Below the pieces are notes generated by a model that searched no databases, was not told the DNA's origin, and saw nothing but the letters and a program-made list of their open reading frames with translations. From assembly GCA_951406725.2 (NCBI GenBank), contig OX597823.1:53134001-53198000 (forward strand): 64,000 bases of DNA. The letters run 5' to 3'. The position numbers were made by a program, and so were the translations under genes. Source of the stretch: Octopus vulgaris. Its lineage: Eukaryota. Below are positions 52,132 through 64,000 of the stretch, in pieces (the first letter of the stretch is position 1; the number at the start of each line of letters is the position of its first letter).

Positions 52132-53067
52132 CAAATACCGCCAAGGTCGACTTTGCCTTTCATCCTTTCTGGGTCGATAAATTAAGTACCAGTTGCGCAC
52201 TGGGGTCGATCTAATCGACTGGCCCCTCCACAAGAGTTTCGGGCCCGGTGCCTAGAGTAGAAAAGATTATTACAGTCCATTAAGGCGGTGAGCTGGCAGA
52301 AGCGTTAGCACGCCGGGCGAAATGCTTAGCGATATTTCGTCTGCCGCTGCGTTCTGAGTTCAAATTCCGCCGAGGCCGACTTTGCCTTTCATCCTTTCGG
52401 GGCCGATAAATTAAGCACCAGTTACGCACTGGGGTCGATGTAATCGACTTAATCCATTCGTCTGTCCTTGTTTGTCTCCTCTGTGTTTAACCCCTTGTGG
52501 GTAGTAAAGAAATAGGTATTTTGTCTGCCGCTACGTTCTGAGTTCAAATTCCGCCGAGGTCGACTTTGCCTTTCATCCTTTCGGGGCCGATAAATTAAGC
52601 ACCAGTTACGCACTGGGGTCGATGCAATCGACTTAATCCATTCGTCTGTCCTTGTTTGTCTCCTCTGTGTTTAACCCCTTGTGGGTAGTAAAGAAATAGG
52701 TATTTTGTCTGCCGCTACGTTCTGAGTTCAAATTCCGCCGAGGTCGACTTTGCCTTTCATCCTTTAGGGATCGATAAATCAAGTACCAGTTGCGTACTGG
52801 GGTCGACGTAATCCCCAAATATGAGGACTTATGCTTCCAGTAGAAACGATTATTACAGTTCATTTCTAAGGCGGTGAGCCGGCAGAATCGTTAGCACTCC
52901 GAACAAAATGCCTATCAGCATTTCGTACCTTTTTATGTTCTCAGTTCAAATTCTACCGAGGTCGACTTTCGGGGGCGATAAATTAAGTACCAGTTGAGTT
53001 CTGGGGTCGATCTAATCGACTAGTTCCCTACCCCAAATTTTCAGGTCTTGCGCTTTAACTAGAAAGG
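52132..53067 (+). mobile_element. Array of SINE family A insertions including a 184-bp-period trimer
   Basis: gttctgagttcaaattcc at 52351, 52535 and 52719; further copies at ~52132-52265 and ~52870-53067. Confidence 0.92.
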
Positions 53068-53280
53068 ATAATTACAGCCCATTTCTATCGCATCATGCTA
53101 ACAACACAGCGAAAAACTAATGCACCCTTCTACGACTATCAAGTACCAATCCAACAAACACCTACAAAAATACATTTGATATTAACAGTAAATACATTGT
53201 ACAGTAATTTATAATTCCTACAGTAATTAACCCATAGCTACTTGTTAGTGATATTCTATTTATTCATCAACCACTTGAAG

Positions 53281-53349
<69 letters not shown>

Positions 53350-53364
53350 TTTTATTCTTTTATT

Positions 53365-53513
53365 CTTTTACTTGTTTCAGTCATTTGACTGTGGCCATGC
53401 TGGAGCAAATCGACCCCAGGACTTATTCTTTGTAAGCCCAGTACTTATTCTATCGGTCTCTTTTGCCGAACCGCTAAGTGACGACGACGTAAACACACCA
53501 GCATCGGTTGTCA
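53365..53513 (-). mobile_element. SINE family B 3' fragment
   Basis: Family tail sequence. Confidence 0.85.
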
Positions 53514-54279
53514 TGTATATATATATATACATACACATATACAAACACACACACACACATCGTTTTCATACATTCGAGAGAGCGTAAAATAAATGTTTTT
53601 ACTAAACTGTGGATCTCGAACCTTGGACCACGTAAACCTATAAATGATAGCATGTGGATATTGGGTAGAAAAATACGTTTGGATATATATAGAGAAATAA
53701 TAAATATATATTTATATGTATCCTTAACTCCTTAAATTCTTTAAAGTGTCTTAGCCCGAAGGCCGCGGCCATGCTGGGGCACCACCGCTGTATGTATGTA
53801 TATATATATGTGTGTGTGTGTATGTATGCATGTATGTATGCATGTATGTATGTATGTGTGATGTATGTATGTATGTATATATATATATGTATATATATAT
53901 ATGTATGATATATGTATGATGTATGTATATATATATATATATAATACTTGATACATCACAATATTTAAAGAAAGATCTTTTCAAAAGTTATAAAAACTAT
54001 TTGAAAAATATCTTTCCTTGTGTGTATAAACGAGTATATACGTATAAACACACACATACACACACACACACACATACACATATACACGCACATTTGCACA
54101 CACATACATATATGTACAAATACCTGCATGTATTTATTATATATATATGTGTGCATATGTTTGTGTGCATATGTTTGTGTGCATGTATGTGCGCGTATAG
54201 TGTAGCACCATGCCACTATATTAAACCCAGAGATATGACCTATAGTATTAATCTGACTATCTATCTATCTATCTATCTA

Positions 54280-54342
<63 letters not shown>

Positions 54343-54464
54343 GACAGTATAGTTACGATAATCTATAGATTATCTTGGTAGATATAGTTGTATAGCTACT
54401 ATGATTATTCAATCTCGTACTAATTCACCACAACGAAACTACGACTTCAGTTCGAGAACGTTGT

Positions 54465-54487
54465 CCTTACTGCTACTGCTGCTTCTG

Positions 54488-54538
<51 letters not shown>

Positions 54539-55047
54539 TTACTACTACCACTACTACTACCACTACTACTAATGCTAGTAAAGCTACTACCACTCTGGTC
54601 CATCACTAAAAATATGTACGCTGCTGATTATACTGCGACGCCCCCCCCCCACCTACCCATCCACCCATCCCAAGAACTACTACTACCATCGCTACAGCAG
54701 TTACCACACCACCCCAATCAGAAGCACACAAACACCTCTACTAAAACTACTACTACTATTTACTACTGCTTCTACAGCAACTATTACTATCACTACTACT
54801 CCAATCACTTGTACTACTCCTGCTGCTACTACTACAACTACCACTTCTACCATCACCATTACTACTACTACCAACACCACAACCATACTACTACTGCTGC
54901 TGCTACTACAATTACTACTTCAAGTACTATCTACTACTATGATTACTTGTACAACATCTACTACAACCACTACCACCACCACCACCACTGGAACTACAAT
55001 TACTATTTCAACTCCTGTTATTACTATTACTTCTTGTACTACAACAT

Positions 55048-55096
<49 letters not shown>

Positions 55097-55225
55097 CACT
55101 ACTACTGCTGCTGCTTTAATCCACCATTCTGTATACAATAGTGATTAAAATTCCATAACTTACACTACTACCGCCACCATTAACTTCACTACTACTACTA
55201 CTACTAGGACCAACAACTGCTATTG

Positions 55226-55261
<36 letters not shown>

Positions 55262-55349
55262 TACTACTACTACTACTTCAATAGGGATTATAATGCCACG
55301 ACCCCAAACCAACATAACTTCTCCCAACACCACCACCGACTCACCAATG

Positions 55350-55381
<32 letters not shown>

Positions 55382-55610
55382 AATAATCCAACACTAAACC
55401 TACCATAGTGATTATAATGCCAAGAACGCAACCAACAATACCCACCACCACCCTCACCAGCACCAACAGCGTCACCATCACCTCCATCATGACCAATGTT
55501 ACCAGTACTCCTACCAACACCCCGGCCGTCACTACTAACACGGACAACACTACTGCCTTCTCCGACCCTCCCCCTCCTCCCACCCCACCCCCACATTACC
55601 ACTGCTGACC
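54465..55610. repeat. (CTA)n/(ACC)n trinucleotide low-complexity field
   Basis: Direct reading; produces poly-T/L/Y pseudo-ORFs. Confidence 0.9.
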
Positions 55611-55971
55611 TGGCATGCGGCTAGCTATGTTTCATAACTGAGCTATATCACTAATGGCGACATTGGTGTGTAATTCACCTGTCTTCCATCTTCCATCTTC
55701 TTTCACTAGTCTAGCATGCTACTGCTGTTGTTACCGCTGCTGCTGATGATGGTAGAACTAGTGCTGGTGCTGGGTATGGTGGTGTTAGTGTTGCTGTTGT
55801 TGTTGTTGTTGCTGCTACTCTGTGACTAACCAGAGGGACATGCTGTCACACATATATGTACACATTGGTAACATGCTAGCATTTCAATGATGTATAATAT
55901 TGCCGGTGAATTTCTTCACAGTAGTTTGGTTCTATATATTATAGGTAAGATAGATAGATGGACAGATATAA

Positions 55972-56044
<73 letters not shown>

Positions 56045-56150
56045 CAGATATGTAGAGGGGTAGGTACATTGATACATACATACATACATACAGATACCGG
56101 TGAATCTATCTTTCAATGCATACTTAGATATATTCAAGAAATGTGTTTTT

Positions 56151-56192
<42 letters not shown>

Positions 56193-56435
56193 TAATCGAA
56201 GTCCAACTCGGTCCGATTTTCACATTCTCTTTTTGCATTTTTACAATATTGCATATTACGATTCTCAATTATAATACGTAATATTATCATGCTGGAATTT
56301 GATTAGCTAACAATATGTACATCTTTACACAGTTTTACACAATTTATATATATATATATATCTTAGTTGTTTTATACATGTATATATACATATGTAGTTA
56401 TATATGTGTACGTACACACGAATACTCACACACGC

Positions 56436-56491
<56 letters not shown>

Positions 56492-56519
56492 TTATACGCA
56501 CCTAGTTATATTCCTTTAT

Positions 56520-56730
56520 TCCTTTACCAGTTTCACTCGTTTGGCTGCGGCCTTGCTGGAGCACCGCCTTAAAGGGATTTTTAGTCGAAGAAATCGACTC
56601 CAGGACTTAATCTTTGTAAGCCTAGTGCTTATTCTATCACTTTTTTGCCGAACCGCTAAGTTACAGGGCCGTAAACACACCAACAACAATTGTCAAGCGA
56701 TGGGGGAGGGACAAAGACAAACACACAAAT
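56520..56730 (-). mobile_element. SINE family B 3' part
   Basis: gctggagcaccgcc..ttttgccgaaccgctaag. Confidence 0.85.
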
Positions 56731-56735
56731 TAATA

Positions 56736-56779
<44 letters not shown>

Positions 56780-57253
56780 CGTATATGAATATATTTACAT
56801 CTATACGTATATATATATATGTATATATATAAGTATATATATATATATATATATATACATATGTGGGCAAGTCACGAAACGTGTACATCAAAAAATACGA
56901 AGTACAAGTACATGGAATATGAACTATTTTTCGAACAACGAAAGCCACAAAGGGAAAAAAAGACAAACAACCTAATAATGACCCTTCATCAGTTGTTGGC
57001 TGTTTTTCTACTTTCACATTTCGAGCATTTAACAACAAAATATGCTTTCGAGAAAATAGTTGGTCCCGCTAAACAAATTAAATAAAATTTGGTGTTTTGC
57101 GAAGGGTCAAAATTGGTAGCACAAACAGAACAATGAAAACAAACAGGAAGGGCTGCTAAGCCTAAACGAGGTTGTGGTGGCGAACGTTTAAGTAAAGCTT
57201 GGACAGGAGACAGACAAGCACACGTCTTCCAGCACCAGTACGCTATATGTATA

Positions 57254-57480
57254 TCTACTATATAAAATCCATTCTGTCTGTGTGTGTGTGTGTGTCTTCT
57301 ATGATCTCGGACATCCTCCATCCGATTGCGCTCAAATTTGATACGTAGATACCAACGGTATTAGGGCGTGTATAAGTCTTGAAAAAATTACAAAAATCGA
57401 TTCCAGGTGAATCGATAAAGTGAATAAAATCGTTTTTCTTTGGAATAGAAAAAAGTCTATCTTTATTTCTTCTTTTGCTG
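57254..57480 (+). mobile_element. Non-autonomous Helitron 5' segment
   Basis: A|TCTACTATATAAAA, then GTCTGT(GT)n and CCGATT..AAATTTG; same architecture as the 16631 and 63405 ends; the 3' limit is uncertain. Confidence 0.7.
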
Positions 57481-57644
57481 GTATCTCAAATTTAGGTTAA
57501 ATCAGTGTTTCTCAAAGGGGAGGCCTATGGGACGGTCGGACAAGTTGTTTTGAGAAAAGTTGGTTTAAATGTTTGACAACTCAGCACCGTCCATTGGAGG
57601 GGGGGGTTGCTCATATATATATGTATATATACATATATACATAT

Positions 57645-58480
<836 letters not shown>

Positions 58481-58515
58481 AAATGTGAGCAAAACAATAA
58501 AGAATGATTTTGAAT

Positions 58516-58640
58516 AACTGATTGCTAGCAGAGTCACAACAGCTGATTGGTAGCTCAACCCCGAGCACCTGATTGCTAGCAGAGACACAGCAACTGATTG
58601 CTGTTTGAGGCACAGAAATTGATTGCTAGCACAGCAAGCA
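58516..58640. repeat. ~25-bp minisatellite, 5 units with conserved TGATTG core
   Basis: (C/T)TGATTG starts at 58518, 58543, 58569, 58594 and 58619. Confidence 0.85.
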
Positions 58641-58921
58641 CCACTCAAATTCAGAGGTAGGAGTAGAGTCGATTATATAGACGCAAAGACGTTATCTGGT
58701 CGACTCACTAGAAGTGGAATTATAAAGTAGATTCTGGTCGAATTTGAACTTTTAATGTACCGATTCGTACTTCATACTACCAGATTTATTATCTATCGTT
58801 TTATCAATTCTGCTAACGTAATCACAGTCGCTTATTAATACATGCTCACGATTTTTGTATTAAATTATAAGTAACATTAAATAATTAATAGCGACAGAAT
58901 CAGTATAAATAACAAAAGGTA

Positions 58922-59180
58922 ATATATGACCACCTCTTAAAAGTGGATGTTGTGTTGGAACACAGAATACTGCGTTATTTCCCATGAATGAACCTCTTAT
59001 ACGAATGAACTTGTGAGGCATATAAGAACTGGCGGCGATAGCGGACGATTATCTCCCGCTAACGATACAAACACGAGTGCTTATATGTACCACAAGTCCA
59101 TATGAGAGGTTCTCTCACAGTAAATAATGTAGTATTCTGTGTTGCAGCACAACATTCACTCTTACGTGGTGACAAATATA
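58922..59180. mobile_element. Old palindromic MITE-like element
   Basis: gatgttgtgttggaacacagaatactgcgttattt pairs with aaataatgtagtattctgtgttgcagcacaacatt; pairing continues inward (cttgtg..catataag / cttatatg..cacaag). Confidence 0.7.
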
Positions 59181-59291
59181 AGTAACATTGGCTATGCATT
59201 TACTGCTTCTTTCAAGGAACTTGTGGCAGAAATTGGAGAGACATTATGTAATATCAGGAATGCAACACAGCTGAATCTATGGCCTTAGAGA

Positions 59292-59600
59292 AGGCGCGTG
59301 GCTTAGTGGTTAAAGTATTTGTTTCACGATCGTAAGGTCACGACTTCGATTCCTGGCAACACGTTGTGTACCCCATTTCACGTTTCTTCAGCCCACCCAG
59401 CTGCGCGAAAATGAGTAGTACCTGTATTTCAAAAGGGCAGCCTTATCACATTCTTTGTCATGCTGAATCTCACTGAGAAGTACATTAAGGGCACCCAAGT
59501 CTGTGCAGTGCTCAGCTACATGCACGTTAACTTCACGAGCCAAGCTGTTCAGTTGACCAGATCAACTGGAAGCCTCGAAATCGTAACCGACAGAGCGCTA
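59292..59600 (+). mobile_element. SINE related to family C (older, different middle segment)
   Basis: tRNA head ggcgcgtggcttagtggtta..ttcgattcc; shared core gctgaatctc..gtgctcagc..ttcacgagc and the same tail as the 1778 copy. Confidence 0.8.
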
Positions 59601-60197
59601 GGTTTTAGCGCCAGTATTGGTTTCTAACAGTTACAAGACTACAAATTTGAGGGTATGGGACAGACGGCCCTTATTTTGTCGACATCTAAAATGTTAAAGG
59701 TAGAGTTGAATTTGGCAACATCTGAACTCAGAACTGTAAAATGATATAATTAAATACAGGTACAACATTGAATGTCTGGACAGTGATAGTCCGGAACTTT
59801 TTATAATCCGCGTTAATTTACGAGTGAGAACTTCAAATTTTCGCGGCCGCCAGGTTACTGATACATTGTACAAACTCATACTTTGTACAGACTAGTAACA
59901 TGCACAGTACAGTATTAATAGCCTTATATCATATATACTAATATACAGGTAACTATATTTCATCTAATAATTATTTAAGTAAATTTAACATTTGTTTAAT
60001 TTAGAGTATGTTGATCAAGGTGGTCACTCCTGGTTCGGAAAAAAATAATCATCCGGAAAGGGTTTGGAACCAGAGGTTTTGGAAGATCAGATATACACAC
60101 ACACACACGTACACACACACACACACACACACATGTATGTGTGTGTTGGGTGGGGTGTATACACGTATATCTTCATATATGTATTATTTATTACTTG

Positions 60198-60430
60198 TTA
60201 TTTCTTTATTGCCCACAAGGGGCTAAACATAGAGGGGACAAACAAGGACAGACAAACGGATTAAGTCGATTACATCGACCCCCAGTGCGTAACTGGTACT
60301 TAATTTAGAGACCCCGAAAGGATGAAAGGCAAAGTCGACCTCGGCGGAATTTGAACTCAGAAAGTAACGGCAGACGAAATTCTGCTAAGCATTTCGCCCG
60401 GCGTGCTAACGTTTCTGACAACTCGCCGCC
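60198..60430 (-). mobile_element. SINE family A inserted in the tail of a family B fragment (60432-60580)
   Basis: Family A sequence with linker; ttacttgtt on both sides. Confidence 0.88.
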
Positions 60431-60829
60431 TTTTACTTGTTTTAGTCATTAGACTGCAGCCATGATGGGGAATTGCCTTAAAGAATCTTTTAGACGAACG
60501 AATCGACAGCAGTGCTTATATTTCTTAAAGCCTGATACTTATTCTATCGGTCAATTTTGCCGAACCGCTAGCTTACAGAGGCGCACGTTCTCCGGGACTA
60601 ACGATTATGGTGTCCGTGGTCATTTAGCTCAGTAGTGCAGTACGTTCGGTCGGAATTTGAAATTACAGAGTTGGATTCTCTTTGGCAGACTGCTGGTCAC
60701 TAGTTTTCGTCCACTAGAGTATGTTACCCGATCCTCTAAGCTTTTTTCTCACGGCTGTTTTCCTGCGTTCGAGATTTCTTTCATTTCTACCATTGATAAA
60801 TCTATTGATATATATTGGAATGCGTATAT

Positions 60830-61054
60830 TCTTTTATTCTTTTACTTGTTTCATTAATTTGACTGCGGCCATGCTGGAGCATCCCCTTAAAGGGATTTTA
60901 GTCGAACAAATCGACCTAGGATTTATTCTATGTAAGCCTAGTACTTATTCTATCAGTCTTCTTTACCGAACCACGAAGTTATGGAGACGGAAACACACCA
61001 GCATCGGTTGTCAAGCAATGATGGTGGCAACAAACACATAAACAAACACACGAG

Positions 61055-61107
<53 letters not shown>

Positions 61108-61289
61108 ACACACACACACACATATATATATATGTACGATGGGCTTCTTTTAGTTTTCGTCAACCAAATCCACTCACAAGGCTTTGGTCGACTCGAGGCT
61201 ATAGTAGAAGACACTTATCCAAGGTGGGACTGAACCCCTGAACCATGTGATTGGGAAGCAACTTCTTACCACACAGCAACGACTGCGCC

Positions 61290-61292
<3 letters not shown>
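60830..61292 (-). mobile_element. SINE family B (full length)
   Basis: Complete tail-to-head match. Confidence 0.9.
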
Positions 61293-61370
<78 letters not shown>

Positions 61371-61537
61371 CAAAAATACCACGATGCTGTCACAAAATTT
61401 GGAAAATAATTTTATAAAAGTTATTTACAGGTATAAAAGAATCTTAGAAAAACAATAACATGAACCTTTTGCAATGAAGTTTTCGAATTGTGTGTATAAC
61501 CGAAGAACGAAAGCACTTACACACACGCGTGCATGCA

Positions 61538-61586
<49 letters not shown>

Positions 61587-61604
61587 GTTTTTGACTTCTG
61601 AATA

Positions 61605-61617
61605 TATCATTATTATT

Positions 61618-61664
<47 letters not shown>

Positions 61665-61892
61665 TATTATTATTATTATTATTAATATTATTATCATTCA
61701 GTAGTTTTATTTTTATAGCGTGCTTTCACTTCACTACCGAGCGCAGCTCTGTGTGCCTTAGGTATGTGCTGTGATTTGTTGTGATGCTCTGATGGTTATT
61801 TATTATTATTATTATTATCATTATTATTGTTATTATTATTATCATTATTATTGTTATTATTATTATTACTATTATTATTATTATTATTATTA

Positions 61893-61927
<35 letters not shown>

Positions 61928-61928
61928 A

Positions 61929-61969
<41 letters not shown>

Positions 61970-61970
61970 C
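61605..61970. repeat. (ATC)/(ATT)/(AGT) microsatellites enclosing a ~100-bp LINE/SINE-like 3' tail (61698-61800, minus strand)
   Basis: Minus strand ends gaaagcacgctataaaaataaaactactgaa + trinucleotide tail, resembling an L2-type 3' end. Confidence 0.6.
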
Positions 61971-62602
61971 ATATTTATATGTATATATGTGTATACCAAT
62001 GTTCTTTAAGTTTCTTCATATAGCCTATCGAAAAATCTTCTCCTGCCTTTCAGTAGAATCGGTGTAGGTTTTGGTTTAGCTCAAAGCTCCTCTGAAATTT
62101 CTCTCGATAGTTCGACAATTTGCTTTAGGTGACTCCCTTGCTCTTTCGCCAGCATGCTGTATGTATTGTAATTTTCCGCGTGATATGTATTTCACTACTT
62201 GGTTATTGTTCGATGTTTCAAAAAAATTTTTTTTTTGCATTTACCCAAAGAAGATAACCATTCCTTTTACCAGACTTGTATTAATGGTTAAAAATTATAA
62301 CCAACAAAATTATCTATAGTTTTGTGTGAACCACCTAATTTCATCCAATTTTTGGAAAGAATCTAATTACTATATTAGTTTATATGACTCGAAACTCTTT
62401 CCATTTAGCTGAAAGTAGACCTTGCCCATTAACAGGATCCATAAGACCATTCATTATCTGGGAGAATGAAGAGTCCTCTATGCCCACGTTTTGTATTCAA
62501 CAGCACGATGTAATCCAACGTATGTATGTATGTATGTATGTATGTATGTATGTATGCACATATGTATGTATGAATGAATGTGTGTATGTGAGCATGCATG
62601 TA

Positions 62603-63205
62603 TAGGGGTTGGGCAAAATAATGGATACACCTTAAAATTTCAAACAAATTTATTTTAATATGGGTTAGGACCGCCTTTGGCAGTAATTACAGATTGAATT
62701 GTAAGAGGTATGGACTCGTACAAAGTTTGAATTGTTTCCGAAGGAACTTTTGTCCATTCTTCAGTTAAAACATTTTTCAGTTCTTGTAGTGATGATGGTG
62801 AAGGATATCGACTCCTTACTTGTTTCTCTAAAATGCGCCATAAATATTCAATAACATTGAGATCTGGGGACTGTGGTAACCAGATAAGATGTTCAACTTC
62901 ACTAGAATTTTCCACGTACCATTCAGTAACAACTTGATCTGTGTGAATTGGTTCCTTAACATCCTGAAAGATTGCGTTTCCCTCCGGAAACAGTTCCGTA
63001 AACTGCCATGAAGTGAAACCATTGGGCCGGCGGATTTCCAAGATAACCCCCCCCTCGATCATCACAGATCTTCCTCCATGTTTAGCAGTTGGAAGAAGGC
63101 AGTCTGGATTAAATGCTTCTTTTGGCAGTCTCCACACGTATACTCGGCCGGTGGTCGGAAATAAGGTAAAGGATGACAATAGTGAGATGTTATTGTTTCA
63201 CTTTT
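62603..63205 (-). mobile_element. Tc1-superfamily transposon fragment with DD36E spacing (Incomer-like) and one TIR
   Basis: SSFTLFPTTGRVYVWR..KHGGRSVMI..FQD(V)KEPIHT...WLPQSPDLNVIEYLW..GGPNPY*; 36 residues between the second-D position and E; TIR TA|TAGGGGTTGGGCAAAATAATGGATACACC at 62603-62631. Confidence 0.88.
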
Positions 63206-63405
63206 GACACGTAATACTGGAAGAGTGGAAGATATAAGAGATTGCTCTGGGCTCGCTTTGGGCAAGAAGTTGAAAATTTTGGGGGGCCATGTAGTGTCAT
63301 GGCATGTTTAAAATTTGAATGAAATCGGTTGTGTAGTTCACGAGTTTTAAGGATTCACATAGACAGACAAACACACACACACATTCTCATCTTTATATAT
63401 ATTGA
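63205..63405 (-). mobile_element. Non-autonomous Helitron 5' segment
   Basis: Minus strand A|TCAATATATATAAAG..GTCTGTCT..AACCGATTTCATTCAAATTT. Confidence 0.7.
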
Positions 63406-63432
63406 TATATATATATACACATCATGATTATA

Positions 63433-63477
<45 letters not shown>

Positions 63478-64000
63478 TATATATATAAATATATATATAT
63501 ATAGCATATGATTATATATATATATGTATGTAAGAGTATATATATATATATATCTAACATATGGTTATATATATATATCTAACATACGTTCTTGTAATGC
63601 ACTTGATGGCAACTCATTTGACATGCAATATTGTGTTTAACTCTCGTGGAAACAGTAATTGTTACATGGTGAGTGTCATATGATCCTTTTTTTGGATACA
63701 ATTATACCTCCTTTCCTTTGAATTTTATCTATAAAATATAACTAGAGAATATCATACATTACAGGCTTTTGTCAAACATCCACGAAGTTGCTCACTATTA
63801 TTCATAATGATTACGATGCATAATCGTTCTTTCGCACAACAATTAGTGGTTACGTGGGAATGGGTGCGTACGTGTGTGTGTGTGTATTTACGTGGGTACG
63901 TGTGTGCGTATAATTGTTATTATATACACGTGTATGTGTATATATACAAATATACTTATTTATATATATACATCTATATATATAAATATACACACATGCA

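Noticed and set aside
54401-55608. Mucin-like or signal-peptide-like ORFs (poly-L, poly-T)
   Set aside because: They arise from (CTA)/(ACC) repeats, the T-rich frame shifts repeatedly, and there is no convincing splice structure
56860-57240. Another TA-adjacent element with CTGATGAAGGG on the minus strand
   Set aside because: Possibly Penelope-related, but the GAAA half and the helices are not recognisable, so no ribozyme was called
58516-58640. CRISPR-like repeat-spacer array
   Set aside because: Eukaryotic context, core of only 6-7 bp, related spacers and no cas genes

Overview
AT-rich, repeat-dense eukaryotic non-coding DNA, most likely an intron or intergenic region of an octopus (coleoid cephalopod) genome; this is inferred from the tRNA-derived SINE families and the extreme (TA)n/(CA)n/(GATA)n load. 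No host protein-coding gene could be identified, and nearly all listed ORFs are translated microsatellites or SINEs. Recognisable content: three Tc1-superfamily DNA transposons with different catalytic spacings (a full-length decayed IR/DR DD34E element, a DD35E-spaced fragment and a DD36E-spaced fragment), a compound non-autonomous Helitron carrying a Pif1-helicase fragment and a 166-bp tandem repeat, other Helitron termini, LINE fragments (RTE, CR1/L2-like, R4/Dong), dozens of SINE copies from at least 3-4 families, MITE-like hairpins and inverted duplications. The most notable hidden signal is three separate families of short elements next to (TA)n tracts that carry minimal type-I hammerhead-ribozyme motifs with palindromic helix III (Penelope-like/retrozyme type), mostly with a non-canonical CCGA core. 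Other points of interest are SINE multimers, serial re-use of one insertion site, and foldback structures. Coordinates of decayed repeats are approximate.
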